Assembly: GCA_963847705.1 (NCBI GenBank)
Contig: CAWKBC010000008.1
Span: forward strand, 71,593-135,592
Length of the DNA stretch: 64,000 bases
Reading direction: 5' to 3'
Origin: an uncultured Pseudomonadota bacterium
GTDB taxonomy: Bacteria > Myxococcota_A > Polyangia > Fen-1088
Position 1 is the stretch's first letter. Every line of letters starts with the position of its first letter. A program made the translations under genes and the position numbers. Positions 48,342-56,633 of this stretch are shown here, piece by piece. The notes under the pieces were generated by a model. The model ran no database searches, was not told the origin of the DNA, and worked only from the letters and a program-made list of their open reading frames with translations.

Positions 48342-49484
48342 TCACTCGGAGACGAACTGCGGGAACCCCAGCAGAATGGCCGCCTGGTTCATCTCGGCGA
48401 CGACCGAGCCGGGGACGTTCGGATCGACCGCCTGGTGCACCCCTTCGTAGAGCATCCCGAACGGCGTCGCCTGATCGGTGGTGGTCGGGTTGACGCTGCT
48501 CCAGGTGTCGGGGGGCTGGGGGATGGCGTCCCCGCTCACCGAATCGTAGAGCGCCTGAAGCTTGGCGAAGCCAGCCTCGATGGCAGCGTCGATCGCCTTT
48601 CCGTCCTGCGTTGCTCCGCCGTCGCCAACGCCGCCGTCACCAGCGGCGCCGTCGCCAGCGGCGCCGCCGTCGGGCGTGGGGGCCGGCTTGGACTGGATCC
48701 AGGGCTGGAACAGCGCGTAGACCCGCTCGGTGCCGACCAGGTTGTTGCGGATGTCGAGCATCGTCGTCTGGGAGTAGCGCGACTCCTCCTGATTGGTGGA
48801 GGCCTTGTCGACCTTCTCCTGCTGCTCGTTCATGAGGGAGACCAGCCCCTGGAAGGCGGCGCCGAGGTCATAGGTCTGGGCGCTCTCCCAGCCGGTCTGC
48901 AGCGTCTTCGCATCGGTGATCTGTTTTTGAACCAGCTTGGTCTTGAAGTCGCTGGCCTCCTGCGCGGTGCCAGGGAAGGCGGAGGCGACGTAGCCCGTGA
49001 GCGTCGACTCGTACGCGATCACCCGCGCCGGCGTGACGTCGGAGTAGAGGATGCGCTCGACGGCGTGCATCCCGGTGACGCCCACGTCGTCGAACAGATA
49101 TGAATCACCGTTCGGCAGCGCGGCCAGGAAGTCGTCGTAGCGTGAGTCGATGGTGGCGTCGATGTCCGGGAAGATCGGCGCGGTGGCCCCCTCGATGTGC
49201 TCGTAGGCGGCGCGGCAGCCGGTCCAGGCGGCCTTCATCGCGGTGAAGGCCGCGGCGTCCATGGTGGGATCCCAGCCGCGGTCGGCCGGCGTCGGTGCCG
49301 CCGCTTGCAACATCTGCGAGTAGGAGACCAGGTTCCCGAGGTCGGTGATGAACGAGGTGCGCATTCCCGAGACGACGGCCGCCTGGTATTGCACGTCGGT
49401 CATGGGCGACGAGGGCGACGATGAGCAGGCCGCGCCCAACAGACCGGCGCCGACCGGGACGAGAAGCAATCGAAGTGAACGCAT
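48342..49484 (-). CDS. Imelysin/EfeO-like (peptidase M75) iron-binding lipoprotein
   Basis: Lipobox LGAAC; RAAYEHIEG, IDSRYDD, TGMHAVERIL (GxHxxE), EESRYSQTT. Confidence 0.88.
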   Translation of the reverse strand: MRSLRLLLVPVGAGLLGAACSSSPSSPMTDVQYQAAVVSGMRTSFITDLGNLVSYSQMLQAAAPTPADRGWDPTMDAAAFTAMKAAWTGCRAAYEHIEGATAPIFPDIDATIDSRYDDFLAALPNGDSYLFDDVGVTGMHAVERILYSDVTPARVIAYESTLTGYVASAFPGTAQEASDFKTKLVQKQITDAKTLQTGWESAQTYDLGAAFQGLVSLMNEQQEKVDKASTNQEESRYSQTTMLDIRNNLVGTERVYALFQPWIQSKPAPTPDGGAAGDGAAGDGGVGDGGATQDGKAIDAAIEAGFAKLQALYDSVSGDAIPQPPDTWSSVNPTTTDQATPFGMLYEGVHQAVDPNVPGSVVAEMNQAAILLGFPQFVSE

Positions 49485-49519
49485 GAGAGTTTCCTTTTCG
49501 ACAAGCGAGGACAGCGGAC

Positions 49520-50800
49520 TTAGAGAGATGTGACGAAGGCGATCAGCGCGTTTTGCTGATCCGTCGAGAGGTTGGAGAAGAGCTGCACCGAGGTGTGCGC
49601 CTCCGAGCCGTTGCCGTCGTGGGCCATGATGGCGCCGGCGACGTCGGTCGCCCGTCCGTCGTGGATGAACTCGCGCGAGAACCGCAATCCGATGAGCGGC
49701 GCCGTCCTCCACGTGCGCGCTGTCGCCACCCCCTCGCCGTCGTCGAGGCTGTCCGACAGGCCGTCGCCCATGTCGTGCAGCAACAGGTCGGTGTAGATCG
49801 GCGCGTCCATGTCGGCCAGCGCGGCGATCGGGTAGGTGGGGCTGGTGTGCAGGGTCGGGACGTGGCAGGCGCTGCACTGCACCTGGTCGAACAGCGCCAC
49901 CGCAGTCGGATCGGGCGTGGCGCGCCAGGGGATGGCGATCGTCCGGAGGTAGTCGGCGCGCAGGTTGACGTCGTCGGCCGTGGCGTCGATGCCCGGCTTG
50001 TCGTCGTCGGTGAGGCCGTCGGGGTTGGGGAACTCGGTCGGGCGCAGCGGGCTGGTGATCCCCATGTCGTTCTGGAGCGCGTCGGCCACGAACTCGTCGA
50101 GCGTGCCGATGCGCGCCTTCAGCCCGAAGCGACCGATGACCGTGTCACCCGGCTGGTGGGCGTCGAAGGTCGGATCGGGGTTGGGCTGCGAGGCGAAGAC
50201 GTAGGTGTTGACGATCCCGTGGATGGCGTCGGTGCGCGCCGCCTGCAGGGCGGCCACCCGCTGGATCTCGCTGTCCTCGACCGCCTCCAGGTATCCGCGG
50301 CCCATGACCGAGGGGCCGACGCGGGTGGTGACCCGCACGTTCGACACCCCCGTGGGTGGCACGATCGGCGTCACCGCGGGGGCCACCACGAAGGGGTGGA
50401 CGGTCGGCCCCCAGGGCAGCGCCGACTGATCCGGCGAGGGCGTCAGACCGTCCGCCTCGACCACCGACATCTTCTGGGCGGCGCCAGGGCCGCGCAGGCC
50501 GTCCTCGGCGTCGTGGCAGGAACCGCAGGACTGGCGGGTATAGAGCGGACCGAGGCCGTCGGGATCGCGCAGGATGACCTCGAACAGCTGGTCTCCGTCG
50601 TTGAACTTGGCGACCCCGTCGGAGCCGATCCCCGCGATGGGGACGTCGAACAGGTTCTCCAGCCCCGACCCGTCGGGCGGAGGGGTCGTCCCCATGCCGC
50701 CCCCGCCCCCCCCACAGCCGAACGCCGCCGCGGCCAACAGGAGCCAGCTCAGCGGCATCCGGAAACGCAAGGGGGGCGTCAGGGGGCGCGTCGAAGTCAT
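49520..50800 (-). CDS. Di-heme oxidoreductase (DHOR/thiol-oxidoreductase-like) lipoprotein
   Basis: Lipobox AFGC; DGLGPLY...CGSCH, GRFGLKA, DMGITS, CSACHVP, YTDLLLHDMG, WRTAPLIG, HDGRA. Confidence 0.9.
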   Translation of the reverse strand: MTSTRPLTPPLRFRMPLSWLLLAAAAFGCGGGGGGMGTTPPPDGSGLENLFDVPIAGIGSDGVAKFNDGDQLFEVILRDPDGLGPLYTRQSCGSCHDAEDGLRGPGAAQKMSVVEADGLTPSPDQSALPWGPTVHPFVVAPAVTPIVPPTGVSNVRVTTRVGPSVMGRGYLEAVEDSEIQRVAALQAARTDAIHGIVNTYVFASQPNPDPTFDAHQPGDTVIGRFGLKARIGTLDEFVADALQNDMGITSPLRPTEFPNPDGLTDDDKPGIDATADDVNLRADYLRTIAIPWRATPDPTAVALFDQVQCSACHVPTLHTSPTYPIAALADMDAPIYTDLLLHDMGDGLSDSLDDGEGVATARTWRTAPLIGLRFSREFIHDGRATDVAGAIMAHDGNGSEAHTSVQLFSNLSTDQQNALIAFVTSL

Positions 50801-50812
50801 GACCGGAGGCCC

Positions 50813-51031
50813 TCAGCTGGCCAGGCGGAACGACATCGATTGCAGGACGGTCAGCGCGCAGCGCGCGGGCTCGTCTTGGTCGCGCAGGAGGCCGGCGATC
50901 GCCGGACGGCAGCCGCCGCAGCCGGTCCCGGCGCGGCAGGCGTCGCCCACCTCGTCGATCGAACGGGCACCCTCACGGATGGACTCGCGAATGGTTCGGT
51001 CACAAATTCGATGGCAGTGACAGACGAGCAC
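50813..51031 (-). CDS. bfd: Bacterioferritin-associated [2Fe-2S] ferredoxin
   Basis: MLVCHCHRI...AGTGCGGC; GGAGG ribosome site. Confidence 0.9.
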   Translation of the reverse strand: MLVCHCHRICDRTIRESIREGARSIDEVGDACRAGTGCGGCRPAIAGLLRDQDEPARCALTVLQSMSFRLAS

Positions 51032-51057
51032 AGATACCTCCCTGAAGAGTCCCTAAG

Positions 51058-51082
51058 GATATTGATAGTCATTATCAAAATC
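51058..51082. promoter_or_regulatory. Fur box (two overlapping sites)
   Basis: GATATTGATAGTCATTATC (51058-51076) matches 17/19 of GATAATGATAATCATTATC; a second site offset by 6 nt matches 14/19; AT-rich island between bfd and bfr. Confidence 0.9.
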
Positions 51083-51179
51083 AACTAGATTCGACGCCGG
51101 TTCGACAACCCCGCTTCGCGCCAGCAGAATCGGGCGCGCCAGGGACCGGACAGACCCGCCGCCCGCTCAAGGAGAAGAC

Positions 51180-51650
51180 ATGCAGGGAGACCAGGAAATC
51201 ATCACCGCGCTGAACGACATCCTCACCAGCGAGCTGACCGCCATCAATCAGTACTTCATCCACCACAAGATGCTGGAGAACTGGCACTACGCGCGGCTGT
51301 CCAAGAAGAAGCGCGAAGAATCGATCGAGGAGATGAAGCACGCCGACCGGATCATCGCGCGCATCCTCTTTCTGGACGGCGTCCCCAACCTGCAGCGTCT
51401 CGGGCCGGTGAAGGTGGGCGAGGAGCCGATCGAGATGCACAAGCTCGACCTCGAGCTCGAGCGTGAGGCGGTGGCCCGGCTCAACAAGGCGATCGCCCTC
51501 TGCCTGAGCAAGCAGGAGGCGGGGACCCGCGAGCTGCTGGAGGACTTGCTGAAGGAAGAAGAGGACTCGATCGACTGGCTGGAGGCCCAGCTCAAGCTGG
51601 TGAGCGACATCGGCCGCGAGCGGTATCTTTCCGAACAGCTGCGCGACTGA
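51180..51650 (+). CDS. bfr: Bacterioferritin
   Basis: ELTAINQYFIH, ESIEEMKHAD (ferroxidase ligands and heme Met), RILFLDGVPNLQ; AAGGAG ribosome site. Confidence 0.96.
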   Translation: MQGDQEIITALNDILTSELTAINQYFIHHKMLENWHYARLSKKKREESIEEMKHADRIIARILFLDGVPNLQRLGPVKVGEEPIEMHKLDLELEREAVARLNKAIALCLSKQEAGTRELLEDLLKEEEDSIDWLEAQLKLVSDIGRERYLSEQLRD

Positions 51651-51659
51651 CCGACGGCG

Positions 51660-51905
51660 CTACGGCGCGCCGGAGAAGGGCAGCATGGTCATGAGCATCA
51701 TCCCCAGCACGGTGCCGACCCCGAAGATCGCCAGGATGGTCACCGTGTGCCCGAGGCGCCAGAGCGCGCCGATGGCGGCCGCAACGCGGAGCCCGCGCTG
51801 GCGACAGACGATGGTGGTCACCGCCACCACGTGGTCGGCGTCGGTGGCGTGTCGCATCCCCAGGAAGAAACCCAACGCGAGGAGCGCCGGCGAGCCCAAG
51901 GTCAC
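51660..51905 (-). pseudogene. Internally deleted NiCoT/HoxN-type nickel/cobalt permease remnant (81 aa)
   Basis: Signature GMRHATDADHVVAV and LGHTVT fused directly to a late-TM-like segment IFGVGTVLGMMLMT; far too short for this family. Confidence 0.7.
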
Positions 51906-52576
51906 TCTTCCTCTGCGAGGGAGAACCGGACTGGCACGACCACCAGGCTCGAGACGGGGACGCCCCCGGCGCGCGCCGGCTCGAATGTCCAGCGGTGGAC
52001 AGCCTCGAGCGCCGCGCGATCGAGCAGCGGGTGGCCGCAGCTGCGATTGAGCGAGATCGTGGCCGGCGTTCCGTCCGCTTGGACGAGGACGTTCAAGAGA
52101 ACGATCCCTTCTTCCCGGCGCCGGAGGCTGGGGATCGGGTAATCGGGTCTGGGGTTGGTGTGGTAGCGGGGCCTGGCGGAGCTCACGGCGCCTCCGCTCT
52201 GCGCAGCAGGCGCCGACGCGCGAACGGTGGTGGCCGGCCCCGGTGACGGCGAGCTCGACGGCGCGGCCGCGGCGACCGTCGGCGCATCGGCGCCGGCTGA
52301 CGGATCTGCCAAGGCCGACGTGGGTGTGGGATTGTCGACCGAGGCGACCTCGCGGATGTGCCGGGGGACGTGCGGCTTCGGCCCTGCCGAGGTTGGCTTC
52401 GCCGGCGGCGCGCTGTCGGCAACCGGCTCCGGCTTCGGCGCCACCACCTCGAGGTCGACCTCGATCGCCGCAGCCGGCTCGGCTTTTGCGGGGGCATGCG
52501 ACAGGAGCGCGGCCGCGACGCCGAACAGCGCTCCGTGCAAGCCGAAGGCGACGAGGAGGCTGAGCGTCAGTCGCAT
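51902..52576 (-). CDS. tonB: TonB energy transducer
   Basis: N-terminal TM with His (AFGLHGALF), Pro-rich linker, PDYPIPSLRRREEGIVLL...SCGHPLLDRAALEAVHRWTFEPA...VPVRFSL. Confidence 0.9.
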   Translation of the reverse strand: MRLTLSLLVAFGLHGALFGVAAALLSHAPAKAEPAAAIEVDLEVVAPKPEPVADSAPPAKPTSAGPKPHVPRHIREVASVDNPTPTSALADPSAGADAPTVAAAAPSSSPSPGPATTVRASAPAAQSGGAVSSARPRYHTNPRPDYPIPSLRRREEGIVLLNVLVQADGTPATISLNRSCGHPLLDRAALEAVHRWTFEPARAGGVPVSSLVVVPVRFSLAEEE

Positions 52577-52592
52577 CCGCCGCGCCGCCCCA

Positions 52593-54758
52593 TCAGAAGT
52601 GGGCCGTGAAGCTGCCGCGCACCTGGAACGGCTCGACGGGATGAATGTGAACACCGTTCATGCCCGCCGCGGGCTCGTAGTATTTCGATCCCGGGCCCCC
52701 CGTGAGAGCATCCGGCAAGCGCGACGTGTAGAGGTAGGCGATGTCATCGGCCTGCGAGTCGAAGAGGTTCAGAATCCCGAGGCTGACTTCGTACTTGCTG
52801 AACCGATACCCAACCAGCGCGTTCACGATGGTCGATTCGGGCTGGCGTTGGCTGTCGTCCTCGATGATCGGCTGGGAGCTGAAGTAACGCAGCCGCACGC
52901 CGCCGAACAGCCCGTTCGGCGCCTCGACGATCGCCGCCGCCGAGATGACGACCGGGATCGAGTTGGCGATGTAGAAACCGGTGGTGCCGGTGACGGTCTC
53001 CTGCGGGTCGGTGTAACGGGCGTGGGCAAAGGAGAAGTCGGCGGTCAGCGTCAGCCACCGCGTCGGCTTGTAGAAGTTGGCCCACTCGATGCCGTACCGG
53101 CGAGAGGGGCCGTTGGCCTCGGTGTCGCCAGAGTCACCGTCGAAGGTCAGCTCGGAGTTCGACTGCAGGAACCAGAACGAGAGCGTGGTCACCAGTCCCG
53201 GAACGATCGACGTCCGCGCCCCGACCTCAGCCCCCTTGGTCCGGACCAGGAGCGGGACTTGCCCCTGCGGCTGCAGCGTCACGGGATCGACCGTGATCGT
53301 CACGCCGCGGGCGTCGTTGCTGTGAAAGCCCGAGCCGGCGTCGAGGTAGATCTCGGTCTTCTTCCAGGGCCCGAAGACGAGCGTCGCCTTGGGGCTGAGG
53401 ATACCGGCGGTCGAATTTCCCGAGTTGGCGGCGGTGTTGCTGTTGACGTCGATCGCGAAGACGTCGCCGCGCAGACCAAGCTGACTCCTGAACCAACGCG
53501 TCCACTGGACCTGATTGCTGGCGTAGAGGCCGGTGTTGAACTCCTCGATGTGGTCGTAGATCTCCACCTTCACGACCTCGCGCTCGACGGTGTTGTCGAG
53601 GCCCGAGTCTGGAATGTAGTCGTTTCGGATCTGAATGCCGACGGTGTTCTCGACCTTCTTCCCCCCCCAAAGACGCTCCCAGACCCGCTTCAGCTCGCCG
53701 CCGGTGACGAAGCGACGATCGATCTGCTCGAACTGATCGGTGTTGGTGGGCGGTGCCGAGATCCCGTCGGCGAGCGCGTAGGTGAAGTCGGACCAGAGAT
53801 TCAGGCGGTAATAGAAGCCGTAGAGCAGCAGCTTGGTGACCGCATCGCCGTCGTTCCGGAGCCAATCGAAGGTGAGCGCCGCCCGGCCGGTCTTCCCACC
53901 GTCGCTCTGATCAATCGCGCCAAAGCGGTCGATGAGCCCCTCGTCGATGGCCCGCTGGGCGACCTGATCGGTGGAGTGCCACTGCGGAGCCCAGTAGCCG
54001 CTCGCCGTCAGGGTGTAGTCGTCGCGCCCGTGATCCCAGTGGTAGCGCAGGAGCGCGTTGTAGCGGTTGGAGTTCTCCGGCAGATCCCAGGGGCCGTCGT
54101 AGTGGTTGTACTCCAACGCGTAGAGGAGCGTGCCCGGGCCGAGCGTCGGGCTCTCCGCCAGCAGCGCCCGCGCATAGCCGAACTGACCGATCTGCAGGTT
54201 GGCGATCCCCTCGGGGAGTGTGTTCACCTGACGAATGTTGGCCGCGCCCGAGCCCGAAAAGTCGCCGACCTCCGGGTAAAACGGCCCCTTCTTGAAGACG
54301 ATCTCGTCGACCAGCTCGGGGATCAGGAAGTTGAGATCGGAGTACCCTTGGCCATGCGCGTGGCTGGGCAAGTTCACCGGCACGCCGTCGACGGAGAACG
54401 CGAAGTCCGTGCCGTGATCGAGGTTGAACCCGCGCAAGAAGTACTGGTTCGCCTTTCCGTCCCCGGAGTGCTGGGTCACAACCATGCCAGGGACGGTTTC
54501 GAGCAGCTCGCCGCGGCGAAGGATCGGCAGGTCCGCCAGATCGACCTCGCCCACCGCCCCCTGCGAGGCGCTGAGGGCGTTCCCCAGGAGATCTTCGGCG
54601 CGGCCATGGACGACCACCTCCGGCATCTGCGTCGGCGTGCCTGACGCGGCCGAGACGGGCGCCACCGGTTCCGCTGCAGCGACCCCCTCCGCCCGCACCG
54701 ACGCTTGCGTCGCCGCCAACAGCAACGTCACGAGGACAAAACGGTAGCACGAATCCAT
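52593..54758 (-). CDS. TonB-dependent receptor, probably for nickel/cobalt
   Basis: TonB box EVVVHG; plug LETVPGMVVTQHSGDGKANQYFLRGFNLDHGTDF, HAHGQGYSDLN; C-terminal HIHPVEPFQVRGSFTAHF; downstream of nikR. Confidence 0.9.
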   Translation of the reverse strand: MDSCYRFVLVTLLLAATQASVRAEGVAAAEPVAPVSAASGTPTQMPEVVVHGRAEDLLGNALSASQGAVGEVDLADLPILRRGELLETVPGMVVTQHSGDGKANQYFLRGFNLDHGTDFAFSVDGVPVNLPSHAHGQGYSDLNFLIPELVDEIVFKKGPFYPEVGDFSGSGAANIRQVNTLPEGIANLQIGQFGYARALLAESPTLGPGTLLYALEYNHYDGPWDLPENSNRYNALLRYHWDHGRDDYTLTASGYWAPQWHSTDQVAQRAIDEGLIDRFGAIDQSDGGKTGRAALTFDWLRNDGDAVTKLLLYGFYYRLNLWSDFTYALADGISAPPTNTDQFEQIDRRFVTGGELKRVWERLWGGKKVENTVGIQIRNDYIPDSGLDNTVEREVVKVEIYDHIEEFNTGLYASNQVQWTRWFRSQLGLRGDVFAIDVNSNTAANSGNSTAGILSPKATLVFGPWKKTEIYLDAGSGFHSNDARGVTITVDPVTLQPQGQVPLLVRTKGAEVGARTSIVPGLVTTLSFWFLQSNSELTFDGDSGDTEANGPSRRYGIEWANFYKPTRWLTLTADFSFAHARYTDPQETVTGTTGFYIANSIPVVISAAAIVEAPNGLFGGVRLRYFSSQPIIEDDSQRQPESTIVNALVGYRFSKYEVSLGILNLFDSQADDIAYLYTSRLPDALTGGPGSKYYEPAAGMNGVHIHPVEPFQVRGSFTAHF

Positions 54759-54776
54759 GGAATGGTAGCGGGCGTC

Positions 54777-54804
54777 ATAACACGACCTTTAAAATTCGTG
54801 CCAC
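54777..54804. promoter_or_regulatory. Candidate NikR operator (CACGA-N10-TCGTG with AT-rich spacer)
   Basis: ATAACACGA-CCTTTAAAAT-TCGTGCCAC about 20-45 nt upstream of the receptor start; widely spaced half-sites suit a NikR tetramer. Confidence 0.45.
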
Positions 54805-54840
54805 CCCCTTTCGTCGCAACAACCGTGCGACAACCGCGTG

Positions 54841-55386
54841 CTATTTGCGACGGGTGCGGCGGGATCGACGCGGCGCTGGCGTGGTGGCCGGATGCGGATG
54901 CGCGTGATCGTGGTCGTGGTCGTGATCGTGGTCGTGGTCGTGCAGATGCGCCTGCCCGTCGTCGTGCGTGTGCCCGGCAACCTCGATCGATGAAACGATC
55001 TCGATCCCGCCGTGCTTGACCCCGCGGATGGCCAGGATCTGGTCGGCCAGCGCCGCCAGCCGATCGGAGCGGCCGCGCAGCACGATCACCTCCAGACAGA
55101 GATCGTGCGACAAATGGACGTGCATCGCCGCCCGCACGTCGTCGCCGAGGTCGTGCTGCAGCGCGGTCAGCTTCTCGCTCAGATCGCGGGTGTGGTGGTC
55201 GTAGACCAGCGTCAGCGCCCCGACCGCGTCCACGCCGTCGGGGACCTTGGCCCGCCCCACCTCGGCGCGGCCGAGGTCGCGCAGCAGCTCTGACCGGGTG
55301 CAGCCGCGCTTGCGGGCCAGGGCATCGAGCTCGCGCAAGAGCGACCCCTCCACCGCGACGCCGAACCGGACCAGGGGGTCTTTCAT
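54841..55386 (-). CDS. nikR: Nickel-responsive regulator NikR with a C-terminal His/Asp tail
   Basis: Ribbon-helix-helix LVRFGVAV...RSELLRDL; YDHH, QHD, HVHLSHDLCLEV nickel ligands; GVKHG. Confidence 0.93.
   Translation of the reverse strand: MKDPLVRFGVAVEGSLLRELDALARKRGCTRSELLRDLGRAEVGRAKVPDGVDAVGALTLVYDHHTRDLSEKLTALQHDLGDDVRAAMHVHLSHDLCLEVIVLRGRSDRLAALADQILAIRGVKHGGIEIVSSIEVAGHTHDDGQAHLHDHDHDHDHDHDHAHPHPATTPAPRRSRRTRRK
54904..54942 (-). repeat. Hexamer tandem repeat (CACGAC/CACGAT) encoding (HD)n
   Basis: gtgatcgtggtcgtggtcgtgatcgtggtcgtggtcgtg on the plus strand. Confidence 0.8.
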
Positions 55387-55475
55387 CGCCGGCAACGGTA
55401 CCGCAAGAACTGTTTCAACGCGCGCGGCGGAAGCGCTATACATTCCCGCCAACAGGAACCCGCAGGAGTCACCGC

Positions 55476-56501
55476 ATGTCGACCGAGAAGTCCCCTCAGC
55501 TCCCCGTCCTCGAGCTGATCCTCGAGAACTACAAGAACTTCAACGCGCGCGCCACCCGCGACGCCACCCTCGCCTACTGGCGCCACATCGAGCGCGGCGG
55601 GAAGATGTTCTGGGCGGTGGCGGGCGCGATGTCGTCGGCGCAGCTCGGCATCACCATGGCCCCGGCCATCCGCGCCGGGCTCATTCACGGCCTGTCGGTG
55701 ACCGGCGCCAACATCGAGGAGTCGCTGTTCCGTCTGGTCGCCCACGATCACTACAAGGACTTCCCCGACTACCGCTACCTGACCAAGGCCGACGACACCA
55801 AGATCCTGAACGACCGGATGCGCCGGGTGACCGACACCAGCATCCCCGAGGACGAGGCCTTCCGCGCCGTCGAGAAGTACGTCGTCCCGATGTGGAAGCG
55901 CGCCAGCGAGAAGGGCGAGCGGCGGTTCTGGCACGAGTACTTCTTCGAGCTGGTGCAGGCGGTGGACCCCACGCTGCACCAGGGGCGTGCCGACCAGTGC
56001 TGGCTGCTGGCGGCGGCACAGGCCAAGCTGCCGATGGTCGTCCCCGGGTACGAGGATTCGACCTTCGGCAACATCTTCGCCTCGCACGTGAAGCTGGGCG
56101 AGTGCGGCGCCGGCATCGCCAAGTCGGGGATCGAGTACATGGGCGCCCTTTACGACTGGTACCAGGAGCTGTCCTCCGGCGCCGGGGTCGGCTTCTTCCA
56201 GATCGGCGGCGGCATCGCCGGCGACTTCCCGATCTGCGTCGTCCCGTCGATCAAGTACGACCTCGAAAAGCCGGTGAAGCCCTGGGCCTACTTCTGCCAG
56301 ATCTCCGACTCGACGACCTCCTACGGCTCCTACTCGGGCGCCACCCCCAACGAGAAGATCACCTGGGACAAGCTGACCGCCGAGACGCCGATGTTCGTCG
56401 TCGAATCGGACGCCACCATCGTCGTGCCGCTCATGATGCGCGCGCTGCTCGAGTGCAAGGCCCACCCCGAGGCCGCGCGCGCGCTCATCGCCAGGCATTA
56501 G
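55476..56501 (+). CDS. Deoxyhypusine synthase-family protein (probably homospermidine/polyamine synthesis)
   Basis: AGAMSSAQLG, TGANIEE, PGYEDSTFGN, QIGGGIAGDF, GSYSGATPNEKITWDK (catalytic Lys retained), ESDATIV. Confidence 0.9.
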   Translation: MSTEKSPQLPVLELILENYKNFNARATRDATLAYWRHIERGGKMFWAVAGAMSSAQLGITMAPAIRAGLIHGLSVTGANIEESLFRLVAHDHYKDFPDYRYLTKADDTKILNDRMRRVTDTSIPEDEAFRAVEKYVVPMWKRASEKGERRFWHEYFFELVQAVDPTLHQGRADQCWLLAAAQAKLPMVVPGYEDSTFGNIFASHVKLGECGAGIAKSGIEYMGALYDWYQELSSGAGVGFFQIGGGIAGDFPICVVPSIKYDLEKPVKPWAYFCQISDSTTSYGSYSGATPNEKITWDKLTAETPMFVVESDATIVVPLMMRALLECKAHPEAARALIARH

Positions 56502-56633
56502 TCCTCGAAGATCATCTAGATACAGGGGGCGTCGAAGATCACTCCCCCTGCATATGGGCGGCGCGCAAACGGCTCATTTAAATGCACGGCCGTTGCACGA
56601 AGGGGTCGTCTTTGAGAGACTGACGCGCCCCCG

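Noticed and set aside
55476-56501. Deoxyhypusine synthase homolog as evidence for bacterial hypusination
   Set aside because: Bacterial members of this family are common and associated with polyamine synthesis; no EF-P or hydroxylase gene is adjacent.
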